Assembly (NCBI GenBank): GCA_964016885.1
Contig: OZ024746.1
Span: 86,428,001-86,492,000, forward strand
Source of the DNA: Eledone cirrhosa
Taxonomy: Eukaryota
DNA: 64,000 nucleotides
Direction of reading: 5' to 3'
Made by a program: the position numbers and the translations under genes. The notes beneath the pieces are model-generated. The model was not told the origin of the DNA. It saw nothing but the letters and a program-made list of their open reading frames with translations, and ran no database searches. Below, piece after piece: positions 39,421 to 52,002 of this stretch; position 1 is the first letter of the stretch; each line of letters starts with the position of its first letter.

Positions 39421-41278
39421 GGTCTCTAAAAAAAAGTTTAATAAAGAGAACATTTTGTCATTTTACTAACCCAATTGAATGAGAAAAATATATTTATTAT
39501 TGTCAGCAGAGCTTGTTCATTCATACAATAAAATGTACACAAAGGTGTTACTCTGTCAGTGGAGGTAAAGAAAACAAAATTACATAAAAACGTGGGAAAA
39601 AGCAAAAGTATTATGCATATTGAAAATGTGGTTTTTTTAAAAATATGTAATTAAATTAATGTAAATACAGATACAATTTATAGAAAATACACAACTTCCT
39701 GAGACTAATCAGAGCTCTTCACAACTCTAATTTTCTCTGCACCTTGCCCAGATACAAAAAAAAAATCACTTGTCTCAAAAGTGCCTGTGAGTAATTGCAG
39801 AGAGAACAAGAGAAAAGTCTTCATTGTAATTTAAATAAAATTTTGTGTAGCCATCAAAGGTAATTTTTGCAAGTAGCCTGTCTTTCGCATGCTCCTCTTA
39901 ATCAGATTTCATTTCCCCACAAATCTGCACTTAATCTGTATTTAAATTTTCTGTAAATGAGGTTGGCATTAGGAAGGACATCCAGCTGTAGAAACTGAGC
40001 CAAAATCAGTCCTGTATGAGCAAGACATGGTCACCTGACCTAGCATTGCCCACAACAAAACAACTCATCTAACCCATGCTACTGTGGGAAAATGGATGTA
40101 AAATGATGATATTTCACATTTAATCCTTTCTTTAACATATTTTTAATGAAAAACAGTGCCAATAATTTTCAAGTAATTCAGAAATTAATCATGAATTTTC
40201 TGGGATTTAGTAATATGACTAACTATATTTATTAAGCTGTTGTATGGAACATAGCTTAACAGAGGTTCTTACATAAAAATGTAATGGTAGGTTTTTAGGT
40301 AAATTTAAACACATTATAGCCAACAGTTTTGTATCATAGAACCTGATGTGGCTTCAGGCATTTTGGTATCAAACCATCTGAATGATCCAACAGTCCTTTG
40401 CTGTGAAAAAATAGTGGATGCGACTGAGTTTTGTTCCTCATCTCCTTGGGTTCATTTTCTTTTCTTTAGCCATCATTCCTGTCAGTTTGCTACTTCTTTC
40501 TTGTTCATTTTCTCCTCTTTGTCACAAAATATGGAGTGTTACTTCTTTAACCCATTAGCATTTAAACCAGCTATATCCAGCCAGAATTCTTGTTCAAACC
40601 AGCTGTAACCGGCCGGTCATATTGATGTTAAGGTATTGTTCTCAAAATAAATATCAAAATCTCATAGATTCAATATTATGAGAGATAACGCCTTTTCTGT
40701 AAAAATACAACAGTAAATATTGAGTACTGTGAATGCTAAAGGTTTAAGTATGTTCATGAAGCTTCTTGGTCAATGAGTCTTTTGGTCACTCTGAGCTGTG
40801 TCTGGTGAAGTTGTTGAAGTAGAAGTGTACAAAATCTGCTGTTGGCTGTGTTACTCTCCCTTTTCCTACTTCTTGTGTTCTATGACTACAAATTTGTATG
40901 AAAAATAGTATTATATTAGTTGGATAGAGGGATGATAATCAATTTTGTCTACCCATATTAAATTGAACTTAGAATATAAAGAAGCATGACAAAATTCTGT
41001 AAAGCATTTTGTTTCCCATTCACGCTATCTGCCAATTTATCATTTTATCATGATAATGATAATTTCTTTATGTCCATTGGGATGAAGCTTAGGCTTGACC
41101 TGGCCCAAGTAAGACCAGCGGACAGACACACAGAGCAGGATGCTATGGCGCAATGTTTGACAAGACCCACCCCTATTTAGTGATTAATTGTGTCCTGCAT
41201 AATAAAAAATCTGGATGATGATGATGAATAATTTCTTTTATTGACCATAATAATAATAAAACATTTTTTTCTTTTCAG

Positions 41279-41356
41279 CCACATAGTTGAAACAGAAGGT
41301 CTGAAAGGATTATTCAAAGGACTTGGCCCCAATCTGGTCGGAGTTGCTCCTTCACG
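41279..41356 (+). CDS. SLC25A36: Coding exon 3 of SLC25A33/36-like carrier ([26 protein letters not shown])
   Basis: Acceptor tttttttcttttcag, donor CG|gtaaat, 78 nt, phase 2/2. EG[19 protein letters not shown] is characteristic of SLC25A33/36. Confidence 0.95.
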
Positions 41357-41869
41357 GTAAATATTTTCTCCTTGATTGTTTTTTTGCAGTTTATACATTA
41401 ATCATGATTACTTTAGCTTATTATGGGTCTATTTTGTTGCAAATATTTAGACCAAACTTCTGGCCTGGGGGTAACTTGATATTCTGATATTCCACATCTT
41501 GTGACTCATGTCTTCTTACTCTCCCCTACTCCTGTCTTGGATAGCATATGAAAAGCTCATGTGCTGCCCTTCCTTTTCCGATTAAACCATTGAAATATGA
41601 AGAAAACTGTGATTACTGCACTATAAATCTCATTAATTCACAAGTATTTCCTTTAACGTGTGAATTTTTTTTTTACCAATCTTATTCATATCATTCATAT
41701 TTCGATATCCAGTTCAACATTTTTTTTTTTTATATAGGACAAATATCTACCTACAAATAAAATAAAAATTGCTTCAGTAATACATGTATCCAAATTTTCA
41801 AAATTAATTTAGCCTGTCATAGCTTGGAAAAATGCATGTAAAACAGCAATAAACATATATACACACATG

Positions 41870-43085
41870 AACACATGCGGCAGAGAACAGGAGGTAGTCT
41901 TTTGTAAGCACTTTCAGTTCTTTTTGAGATGTGTGAAATTAATGTTCAGCTTGAATATCTGCTGCTTGATGTCTAAAGCATACTTGCACCTGGGAGAGAG
42001 TTATAGGGTGATTCAGATCTGAGGATAAAGGCATAGGGGAAATGTTTAGAGAGAATAAGAGCTGTCGGAATCAGGTAGTACATAACTTTCTACTTTATAG
42101 GAGTAGGAACTATTGTAATAAAATCATGGAATAAAAAAAAAATTGGACATGGCTGGTGAAAAACAGTCAAGTCCTAGAAGCAGCTGTGGTATAAAATGGG
42201 ACATGTTGATTAAAAAAAATATATATTTCTAATCCAGACCGAAGTTTAATATATTCACCAGAATTCTATGATTACTTCATAGTTATAGTGGACAGAATGG
42301 CTAGTGTGTTGTTCAAGAGGGGGTGGGTCATTCTTGTAGATGGCTGCCGTGGTCATCATCAAAGTGGTTTGCGTACCCAGGACACAGTGGAATCCTGGAG
42401 AAACCTCTTGGAGAGCAGCCAGTACTTTGTCAGCTTTCTATCTTTAGTCTGTTGAGCAATGAAGCCTGAATCTGATGCTGTTATAGGCTATCATAAAACA
42501 AGGTGAAGATATATATAACATGATAGTGATTTTGTGATTGCAGTGTATGTTAGTGTGTGAAGGTTTGCCAATCAGTCAGATGGCCTTTCTTCTTTTTTTT
42601 TTGTTGGTTTTTTGGTTCTTTTTCTGGGTGAAGACAAGAATCTGTAAATGCCTAGCAGCTGTTCTGTTACAATTACGTAAGCAGTAGTCTAATGTTAGAT
42701 ATTCTTGTTCCTGCTGTAAGATTATAAACTATCCAGTTAAAGGTGTTTCTTGTACAGAAGAGAAGGCCTAGCTGTTGAGGTAAAGTTTTGGCTATGTTAC
42801 AGCTAAGTTGTTACCACAAAAGGTCATTTAGATATTGAGTTCTACCGTTTGTGATGTTTATGAAGCTTTTAGTTGTGTATTATGAGAGATGGAAGCTACT
42901 GTTATGTGTTTTGGTGCTATTTAATGAGACTAGGTTGTCACAAGTTCATTGGAGAATTCTTTTAAGGTATTTAAATGTAGGATTTGTACATATCTGGATA
43001 AGGTATTTAAATTGCTTGTGTTTGTAGCTTGTTCTTAAATGTGAAGGATTGTATCATGTACATAGGAGTATGTTTAGTTGAAAAT
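41870..43085 (-). mobile_element. Possible very old LINE remnant
   Basis: Composition differs from the flanks, with FKYL-like codons on the minus strand near 42965-43012. No intact motifs, so this is weak. Confidence 0.3.
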
Positions 43086-43483
43086 AACTAAAATAGCAAT
43101 AGGTATACAAGCATTATTTTTTTCCCCAAAGTGAGTTCTGCGAGACAATAAAATTTAATAAAAATCTTTTTAACTTACTTTATCTGAAAGTTCTCTAAAA
43201 CGGACCGAAACTTTTAATTTAAAAGATGAGAGATGAAAGTATTTTTTATGTAAGAACATTTGTCAAGAGGTTCTTATACCAGGAACATTTGAAAGTGCAA
43301 TGACATGATTACATTTTTTTTGCATAAATTCGATGAGCTAAAGATGAGCCCCTGTTATAAATAGCAGCTAAATCTCTCTCAAATCACTTCCTACTGTCTT
43401 AAAATAGAAACAAGCCATAGTGTAATGTAGTGCTAATTACTGCATAAAAGATAGCTTGGTTTTAGTTAGAGCATCTTACAGCA

Positions 43484-43800
43484 TCGGTTATGATGACAAA
43501 TGTTCCCGTTGATGTGATCCATGGAATAGCCTGCTCATAAAATGAATATGCAAATGGCTGAGCATTCCACAAACACGCGTACCCTTAACGTAGTTTGCAG
43601 GGAGATTTGCCGTGGCACAGAATGTGACAAGGCTGACCCTTCGAATTACAAGTAAAACTCATATTTTGCCAGCTGAGTGAACCGGAGCAACGTGAAATAA
43701 AGTGTCTTGCTCAAGGACACAGTGCGCTGCCAGGAATCAAACTCATGACCTTATGATTGTGAGCCGAATTCTCTAACTACAAAGCTATGCATTTTCACAA
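43484..43800 (-). mobile_element. tRNA-CORE SINE with a third 3' body (family D)
   Basis: Related tRNA head and CORE (gtgtccttgagcaagacactttatttcacgttgctcc) followed by an unrelated ~180-bp tail. A decayed piece lies near 13550-13880. Confidence 0.75.
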
Positions 43801-44190
43801 CAGTAATGAGCTGGTTTATAGCAGGTAGATTTTTTCCTGGGAATATTTGAACACAACAATTGTAAGTTTGTAAGTTAACAAAGTATTCGTCAGTTCCACA
43901 GTCCTTCTCATGCGGGAACTTGGTCATTAACCGTCTAGTGTCTTAAGTCAATAGAGACAATACAAGAAATGTTAATATAATATAATTGTTTCTACTTTTG
44001 GCACAAGGCCAGCAATTCAAGTGTATTACTGGTACTTTATTTTATCGACACCGTAAGTATGAAAGGCAAAGTTAACCTCGGCGGGATTTGAACTCAGACC
44101 ATAAAGGGCCCTAACTCTTTACTGCAAAGCATGGCGTCCGACCCCCTACCGATACTACCAATCCACCGCCCTTAATATAATATAATACAC

Positions 44191-46400
44191 GGAAAACCGT
44201 GATATTGTCGGGGAGAAGTGTGTACTTAACGATGATGGCATACTTGCCATCACCGACACTGATAAGAAGGTAGCTTGGAAGTGTCACTATGAAAGGCTAC
44301 TAAATGAGGAGAATAAATGGGAGAAAGACAGTCTCCCCCATGTCGACCCAATAGAGGGACCAGCAGTGTTAGTCGAGGGGAGTATAATAAGTAAGGCAAT
44401 CAAGGATATGAAGACAGGTAAGGCGGCTGGGCCTTCGGAAATAGTTGCTGAGATGCTGAAGGCATCTGGCACGGTGGGACACACCATGGTCACCCGCATA
44501 GTTAACCAAGTCGTACAGAATGGGGTTGTTCCGAAGGACTGGCATAGCAGCATCATCGTTAACTGTTATAAGGGTAAAGGAGACGCCCTAGATAGGAGTA
44601 ACTATAGAGGCATTAAATTAATCGACCAGGTCATGAAGGTCACAGAAAAAGTAATAGCGCAACTAATCAGAGAGAGAATTGACCTAGATGAAATGCAGTT
44701 CGGGTTTGTGTCAGGCAAAAGTACCACAGACGCTCTTTTCATAGTATGACAACTACAGGAGAAGTACCTAGCTAAAGGTAAACCCCTCTACTTAGCTTTT
44801 GTCGACTTGGAGAAAGCCTTCGACAGAGTCCCCCGCTCCATTATCTGGTGGGCTCTTAGAAAACTAGGCGTTGACGAATGGCTTGTGAGGGCTATACAAG
44901 CCATGTATAAAGAAACAGTCAGCAAGGTTAGAATTAACAACGAATATAGTGAAGAGTTTAGCGTAAAAGTTGGCGTCCATCAGGGCTCTGTTCTCAGCCC
45001 CCTACTATTTATTATTGCCCTTCAGGCTATAACAGAGGAGTTCAAGACAGGCTGCCCATGGGAACTCCTATACGCAGACGACCTGACACTCATAGCGGAA
45101 TCAATGGCCGAGCTAGAGAAGAAATTCCAAACATGGAAGCACGGCCTAGAGTCAAAAGGACTTAAAATTAACCTGGCTAAGACCAAAGTTCTAGTTTGTA
45201 GGAAAGAAAACAAGGCGGCGGTCCCTTCTGGGAAATGGTCGTGCTCGGTGTGTAGGAAAGGCGTAGGTAGAAACTCCATTTTGTGTCCTAAATGCAAAGT
45301 ATGGGTGCATAAAAGATGTAGTGGGATCACAGGTAAGCTAACTAAGAACATAGATTTTACATGTGGCCGGTGTTCTGGTGCAATAAGTAGCAGCAAGTGC
45401 CCACAAAATACTAGCTCTTTCAATTGCGCAGAGGGTTCTATAGAAATAGTGGACAGCTTCCGTTACCTGGGCGATAAAATCAGCAGTGGGGGAGGGTGCT
45501 CTGAAAGTACTGTAGCTAGAGTCAGAACTGGTTGGAAAAAGTTCAGAGAGCTTATACCACTATTAGCTGCTAAAGGGTTCTCCCTAAAAATGAAAGGCAG
45601 GTTGTACGATGCCTGCATACGAACAGCAATGTTGCATGGCAGTGAGACCTGGGCATTGTGTGCAGAGGATATACGCAGACTAGAGAGGAACGAAGCTTGC
45701 ATGCTCCGCTGGATGTGTAACAGTAATATACGTGAACGGCAAAGCATAAACGAACTAAGGAAAAAATTAGAGATAAGAGGGATCAGATGTTGTTTACTCG
45801 AGAGAAGGCTACGTTGGTATGGACACGTGATGCGCATGAAAGTCGATAGCTGTATAACAAAGTGCAGGGCAATAAAGATAGACGGTAGCCACGGAATAGG
45901 CAGACCTAGAAAAACCTGGGACGAGCTGATAAACTCCGACCTCACACACTTACACCTCTCCAAGACAATGTCACTGGACCGAGACCTTTGGCGGTACTCA
46001 GTAACAGAGAAGACCCGCCTTGCCAGTAGGCATCTCTAACAAAATACACCCCCGTCCCACCACCACCACCCCCACCCCATCCACACCACCCCGTCCTATG
46101 TAAAGTTATGTTGGTGCCGCGCCATCCGGGCCGAAACAAATGAGATCGTGTAGGTGTCACGACAAAAAAACACACAGTCCACGCTGTAATGTGGCCGTGT
46201 AGGCAACACGGTAAAAACCTCCCAGACCCACACTGTAAATGTGGTTGGTGTTAGGAAGGGCATCCAACTGTAGAAAACCTGCCAGACAGTCCTATGCGAG
46301 CAAGACAATCACTCTTGCCTCAAGTGTGACTACCCCCGTCCAAACCCATGCAAGCGTGGAACACGGACGTTAAACGTTGATGATGATGATGATGATGATG
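44191..46400 (+). mobile_element. 5'-truncated RTE LINE of a sister subfamily (RTE-B), lacking endonuclease, one premature stop
   Basis: Frame open from 44192 (ENRDIVGEKC...) and colinear with RTE-A. TGA at 44747-44749 sits where RTE-A has Arg. ORF ends at 46039, followed by a C-rich tract, 3' UTR and (GAT)n tail. acac flanks both ends. Confidence 0.95.
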
Positions 46401-48173
46401 ACACATAAAACATTTGTCTTTATACATCTGGTCTTTCAGTAATATTCACTATATAAATAAGAAGATTCTTGTTTATTTGTTGTGAACTTCTCAGTATAGT
46501 TTCCATATGTACAGTTCTTTGCTGCGCAATTGTTATTTACATTGTTTTAATGCAGCTCTCGAATTGACATTTTCTGATGTTTCTTTGGGTTGTATATAAC
46601 AAAGGGCATATATGTGTGCACACATGCACACATATATGCAAATAGGAGCAATAGAAGAACTTAGTATATGAAAACAGAGTGTAGTATTTGCTGTGAAGCT
46701 TACAAGAATGACTTAACTGCTTAGTATTTTTTTTTTTCAAATATGCACCAAACAAATTTAGATATGAAGATGTTGTATATGCAGAAAAGACATTTATATC
46801 TATCTATACATAGTGTTGGCTCAAAATCTGTTCATCTTCTGTACTATGGCCAAATAGTATTGGAACAAAACTGTTAATATTCTAGCAATTTATTAATTGA
46901 ACTAGTTGCCAAAAATGCATTATATATGCAAATTCATCATCATCGTTTAATGTCCATTTTCCACACTAGCATGGGTTAGGCGGGTTGTCCCATTAGAGGC
47001 AAGTTGGATCAGGTGACTGTCTTACTAATATAGAACTGTTTCTGGCTAGGTTTCTATCGCTAGATGCCTTTTCTAAAGCCAACCACATTTACAGTGTGTG
47101 CTGGGTGCTTATTGTAGTGACTCCTACACGACCACTTTATAGTATGGGCTGGGTGCTTATTGTAGTCATGTTGCTTTCATTTTTAGGGCATATTGCCCTA
47201 ATATGAATTCTGTTTTACAGTTGACTTTATAAGTTAGGCCATATGGTTTGATTGGCCTCCTATGAGATATCTCATTGTGGCTTCTTTAGTGTTTTAATAA
47301 GAAGGGCTTCAGTCCTATCATGTTATTTTTCTAGTGATAGAACATTAGAACAGTGCATTGCCTTGAACAGGTATTTTATTGACTTCGAAAGGATGAAAGA
47401 CTATGGTTATGTCAGTGGGATTTGAACTCAAAGCGCCAGGAGAAATACAGCAAAGCATTTAATATGACACTCTAATGACTGCCAGTTCATTGCTTTTTGT
47501 TATATGATGTCTGTTAATATTGTTTCTACTTATGGCACAAAGCCAACAATTACTCAGTACATTATTGGTACTTTATTTTATCGACCTCGTAAAGATGAAA
47601 GGCAAAGTTAACCTCGGCGGGATTTGAACTCAGTCCGTAAAGGGACATAACTATGCTGCAAAGCATGGCGTCCGACCCTCCACCGATACTGCCAATCCAC
47701 CACCTTATGTCTGTTAATATTGATATTCAGTATTTAATAGGGTGGTGAATTGGCAGTATTGGTGGAGCGTTGGACAACATGCTTTATAGCATAGGGTTAC
47801 AACCCTTTACGATCTGAGTTCAAATCTTGCCGAGGTTAGCTTTGCCTTTCATCCTTACAGGGTCGATAAAATAAAGTACAAGTAATGCACTTGGGTTGAC
47901 TTAATTGACTTTCCCCTCCCCCAAAATTGTTGGCATTGATGCTAAATCAGAAACCAATATTACAGTATTTAAACTAGCTGTATCTGGTCAGAATTCTCTC
48001 ACCTTTTTCTGTTCAAACCGACTGTAACCAGCCACTCTTACTAACTTTAAGGTATTGTTCTCAAAATAAATATCAAAATCTCATAGATTTGATATTATGT
48101 GAAATAATTATGTAAGTTAACCCTTTAGCATTTACATTACTCTCCATATACGAAGGTATTTTAGCCTACATAT

Positions 48174-48572
48174 TGTCGTTAATATTATGATGTTCCCTGC
48201 TGTATTAGCGTTAAATTTTCCCTGCTGTATTAGCGATAAATTTTCGAGGGTTTCTCTTAGTAGCTTTTTCATGTCGTTAATATTATGATGTTCCCTGCTG
48301 TATTAGCGTTAAATTTTCCCTGCTGTATTAGCGATAAATTTTCGAGGGTTTCTCTTAGTAGCTTTTTCATGTCGTTAATATTATGATGTTCCCTGCTGTA
48401 TTAGCGTTAAATTTTCCCTGCTGTATTAGCGATAAATTTTCGAGGGTTTCTCTTAGTAGCTTTTTCATGTCGTTAATATTATGATGTTCCCTGCTGTATT
48501 AGTGTTAAATTTTCCCTGCTGTATTAGCGATAAATTTTCGAGGGTTTCTCTTAGTAGCTTTTTTCATGACGT
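48174..48572 (+). repeat. Four tandem 98-bp units in the LINE 5' leader
   Basis: aatattatga recurs at 48181, 48279, 48377 and 48475 (period 98). Units are near-identical and each has an internal duplication of ttccctgctgtattag. Confidence 0.95.
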
Positions 48573-48882
48573 TATTATTGTTAATTTTACTGATGTAGTA
48601 TTAACTTGGATATTTACCATGCGACCCTCAGTTCCTACCTCACAATTTCCCTCCCCCCCACCCCCACTCACCACCATAGTCTATTCGACCAATCAAACCT
48701 AGCATGCCATTTCCACTGCTGCTGCTGCTACTACCTGCCTAACTAACTCTCTCCTCCTCTGGCGCATCCCAACACACCCTGCCATTACCCCACCACCACT
48801 GTCCTTCTAGCCCTCAATTTTCCCACCGTTATGGATGGATGAGCTGGGAATACACGAGCAACTCTGAATCAATAGATGAAAT

Positions 48883-51800
48883 ATGAATCTGCGAGCTACC
48901 AAGCACCCACGTGAAGCGCCAACCCAGAGACCCTCCCCTACGAGTGTCGACAAATGCCCAAAACTCCGAGTTGGTACCATCAATGTAGGCTCAATGAAAG
49001 GAAGAGCAGGAGAAATCGTAGAAATGCTAGAGCGAAAGGAAGTTGATGTATGCTGTGTGCAAGAGACTAGATGGAGAGGAGGGTCTGCTAGAGTCCTTGT
49101 AGGAAAAAGCCAGTGCTACAAATTTTTCTGGGTGGGAAATGACGATGGGATGGGTGGTGTAGGTATACTATTAGCTGACAAGTGGGTAGATAAAGTAATC
49201 TCAGTGTACAGGGTAAATGCAAGAATCATTAAACTCAGACTAGTCCTGAATAAGACAATTACCACAATAATATCAGCTTACGCACCCCAATCGGGGCTGC
49301 CAGACGAACTTAAGGATAGGTTTTACGAGTCCCTAATACACACTACTGCTCTAACAGACGACAAGGACTTCCTAATCATTGCAGGAGATTTTAACGGACA
49401 CGTAGGTAAACACTGCGACGGCTTCAATAGAGTACATGGAGGCCATGGAGTTGGCACAAGGAATGAGGAAGGATTCAGACTTCTAGAATTCTGCGACGCC
49501 AATGACATGTCGATATGTAACACAAACTTTAAAAAACCCGACAACCACCTGATCACCTATAGATCAGGGGAGCACTCTAGTCAGTTAGATTTTATCCTCA
49601 TCAGAGGACGTGACAGATGGACGGTCGTAAACACAAAAGCCTTCCCTAGTGAGGAATGTACATCCCAACATAGCTTAGTTGTCAGCGACCTCACGGTCAG
49701 AACTAGACGAGCCCTGAAACAGAGGCCAACCTGGAGAAGAAAGATCTGGAAGCTGAAAGTCCCCTCAACCAGTAACAGATTTAAAGATATTTTACTCAAC
49801 GCCTACGACAGTAAAGAAGAACAGATAGAGACATTTAACGTAGAAGAGAACTGGGAGTTCCTAAAAAATAACTTACTAGAGGCGACGGATGAGGTTTGTG
49901 GCTGGAGTAAGACCTCAAGCAGGAGGAGAGTGACTTGGTGGTGGAACAATAAGGTAGATGAAGCAGTCAAGGCCAAGAGACAGGCATGGAAAGAATGGAA
50001 GAACGGGGGGAGCAGGGTACATTACATAGAGACCAAGAGGGAAGCTAGGCGACAAGTATACTTAGCTAGGAGGGAAGCAGAGGATAGAAAATTCAAGCAT
50101 GTTTTACAACGTGAGGACCAGAAACAGGAGGTATTCAAGATTGCGAGGCAGTGTGTCAGAGATAGTTGTGATGTCATTGGAGAGAAGTGTATCCGGAATG
50201 ATAAAGGTGAGCTTGCCCTCACAAGTGCTGAGAAGAAAGATGCATGGAAGAGTCATTATGATAGATTACTAAATGAGGAGAATGCATGGGAAGAAGAGAC
50301 CCTACCCCACGTAGACCCTATAGAGGGACCAGCAGTACAAGTCAGCGGCAGCGTAGTAAGTAAGGCAATCAGAGATATGAAGATAGGGAAGGCAACCGGT
50401 CCATCGGGTATAGCTGCCGAGATGCTGAAGGCATCTGGGTCTGTAGGTCACACTATAACCACACGTATCGTTAACCAGGTAATACTAGAGGGGGCCATAC
50501 CAAAAGATTGGTGCAGTAGCATCATTGTCAACTGCTACAAAGGTAAAGGCGATGCACTAGATAGAGGAAACTATAGAGGTATAAAGTTGATGGACCAGGT
50601 CATGAAAGTAACAGAAAGAGTTATAGCACAGCTGATTAGGGACCGGGTGAATATAGACGAGATGCAATTTGGGTTTGTTCCAGGGAAAGGCACCACTGAT
50701 GCGCTCTTCCTTGTGAGGCAATTACAGGAAAAGTACCTAGCTAAAAGTAAGCCACTCTACTTGGCATTTGTCGACCTTGAGAAAGCCTTTGACAGAGTTC
50801 CACGTGCAGTAATCTGGTGGGCTCTTAGAAAACTAGGAGTAGATGAATGGCTTGTGAAAGCGGTACAAGCCATGTATAGGGGAGCAGTCAGCAAAGTTAG
50901 GATTGGCAATGAGTATAGCGAGGAATTTAGCGTACAGGTTGGGGTCCACCAGGGCTCTGTTCTTAGCCCTCTCCTGTTCATCATAGTCCTGCAGGCAATA
51001 ACGGAGGAGTTTAAGACCGGATGCCCATGGGAACTCCTGTATGCTGATGACCTCGCACTCATAGCTGAATCTATGGTAGAACTAGAGAATAAATTCCAAA
51101 CCTGGAAGCAGGGACTAGAGAGAAAGGGCCTCAAAGTCAACATGACAAAGACTAAGGTCCTTATAAGTAGACGAGAAAACAGAACCCAGATCCCCTCAGG
51201 GAAATGGCCTTGCTCAGTATGTAGGAAAGGTGTAGGTAGGAACTCCATTCTCTGCCCCAAATGCAAACAATGGGTACACAAGAGATGTAGCGGGATCTCA
51301 GGAAGCTTAATTAAGAATGTAGGATTCACATGCAGCAGCTGTGCTGAAACAGCAAGCAAACAGCCACAGGAAACAAGTACCACCAATCTCTGGGAGGGCC
51401 CTGTAGAAACAGTAGACAGCTTCTGCTACCTAGGTGACCGAATTAGCAACGGAGGTGGGTGCTCAGAAAGTACAATAACTAGGGTAAGAACGGGATGGAA
51501 GAAGTTTAGGGAACTACTACCACTGCTAGCTGCAAAAGGCTTCTCCCTCAGAATGAAAGGCAGACTGTATGATGCGTGTATCCGAACAGCGATGTTGCAT
51601 GGTAGTGAGACCTGGGCGCTGAAGGTGGAAGACTTACGTAGATTAGAGAGAAACGAAGCCTGCATGCTCCGATGGATGTGTAACAGTAATATACGTGAAC
51701 GACAAAGCATAAATGAATTGAGAGAGAGACTGAGCATAAGAGGAATCAAATGCTGCGTGCAGGAGAGGCGGTTACGCTGGTATGGACATGTGATGCGTAT

Positions 51801-52002
51801 GAAGGATGACAGCTGCATAAAAAGGTGCAGAGCACTAGAAGTTGATGGAAACCGCGGAGTGGGGAGACCCAAGATGACTTGGGATGAGGTGATAAAAGCC
51901 GACCTTACCCAACTACACCTCTCAAAGTCAATGACACACGACCGTGACTTCTGGCGTCACGCAGTAATACAGGGTACCCGACCTCCCATGGGTACATGCT
52001 GA
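48883..52002 (+). CDS. RTE LINE ORF, 1039 aa: AP endonuclease + reverse transcriptase + PHD-type zinc finger + RTE C-terminus
   Basis: APE motifs (GTINV, VQET, SAYAPQ, AGDFNG, LDFIL, SQH), RT motifs (QFGF, FVDLEKAFDRV, GVHQGSVLSP, LLYADD, FCYLG) and RTE C-terminal RWYGHVMR/GRPKMTW. No stops or frameshifts. Confidence 0.97.
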   Translation: MNLRATKHPREAPTQRPSPTSVDKCPKLRVGTINVGSMKGRAGEIVEMLERKEVDVCCVQETRWRGGSARVLVGKSQCYKFFWVGNDDGMGGVGILLADKWVDKVISVYRVNARIIKLRLVLNKTITTIISAYAPQSGLPDELKDRFYESLIHTTALTDDKDFLIIAGDFNGHVGKHCDGFNRVHGGHGVGTRNEEGFRLLEFCDANDMSICNTNFKKPDNHLITYRSGEHSSQLDFILIRGRDRWTVVNTKAFPSEECTSQHSLVVSDLTVRTRRALKQRPTWRRKIWKLKVPSTSNRFKDILLNAYDSKEEQIETFNVEENWEFLKNNLLEATDEVCGWSKTSSRRRVTWWWNNKVDEAVKAKRQAWKEWKNGGSRVHYIETKREARRQVYLARREAEDRKFKHVLQREDQKQEVFKIARQCVRDSCDVIGEKCIRNDKGELALTSAEKKDAWKSHYDRLLNEENAWEEETLPHVDPIEGPAVQVSGSVVSKAIRDMKIGKATGPSGIAAEMLKASGSVGHTITTRIVNQVILEGAIPKDWCSSIIVNCYKGKGDALDRGNYRGIKLMDQVMKVTERVIAQLIRDRVNIDEMQFGFVPGKGTTDALFLVRQLQEKYLAKSKPLYLAFVDLEKAFDRVPRAVIWWALRKLGVDEWLVKAVQAMYRGAVSKVRIGNEYSEEFSVQVGVHQGSVLSPLLFIIVLQAITEEFKTGCPWELLYADDLALIAESMVELENKFQTWKQGLERKGLKVNMTKTKVLISRRENRTQIPSGKWPCSVCRKGVGRNSILCPKCKQWVHKRCSGISGSLIKNVGFTCSSCAETASKQPQETSTTNLWEGPVETVDSFCYLGDRISNGGGCSESTITRVRTGWKKFRELLPLLAAKGFSLRMKGRLYDACIRTAMLHGSETWALKVEDLRRLERNEACMLRWMCNSNIRERQSINELRERLSIRGIKCCVQERRLRWYGHVMRMKDDSCIKRCRALEVDGNRGVGRPKMTWDEVIKADLTQLHLSKSMTHDRDFWRHAVIQGTRPPMGTC

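Noticed and set aside
44747-44749. Programmed readthrough or selenocysteine at the in-frame TGA of RTE-B
   Set aside because: The position is Arg in RTE-A, so a CGA>TGA mutation in a truncated dead copy is simpler.
48174-48572. CRISPR-like array
   Set aside because: The units are identical end to end with no unique spacers, the context is eukaryotic, and there are no cas genes. It is the LINE leader.
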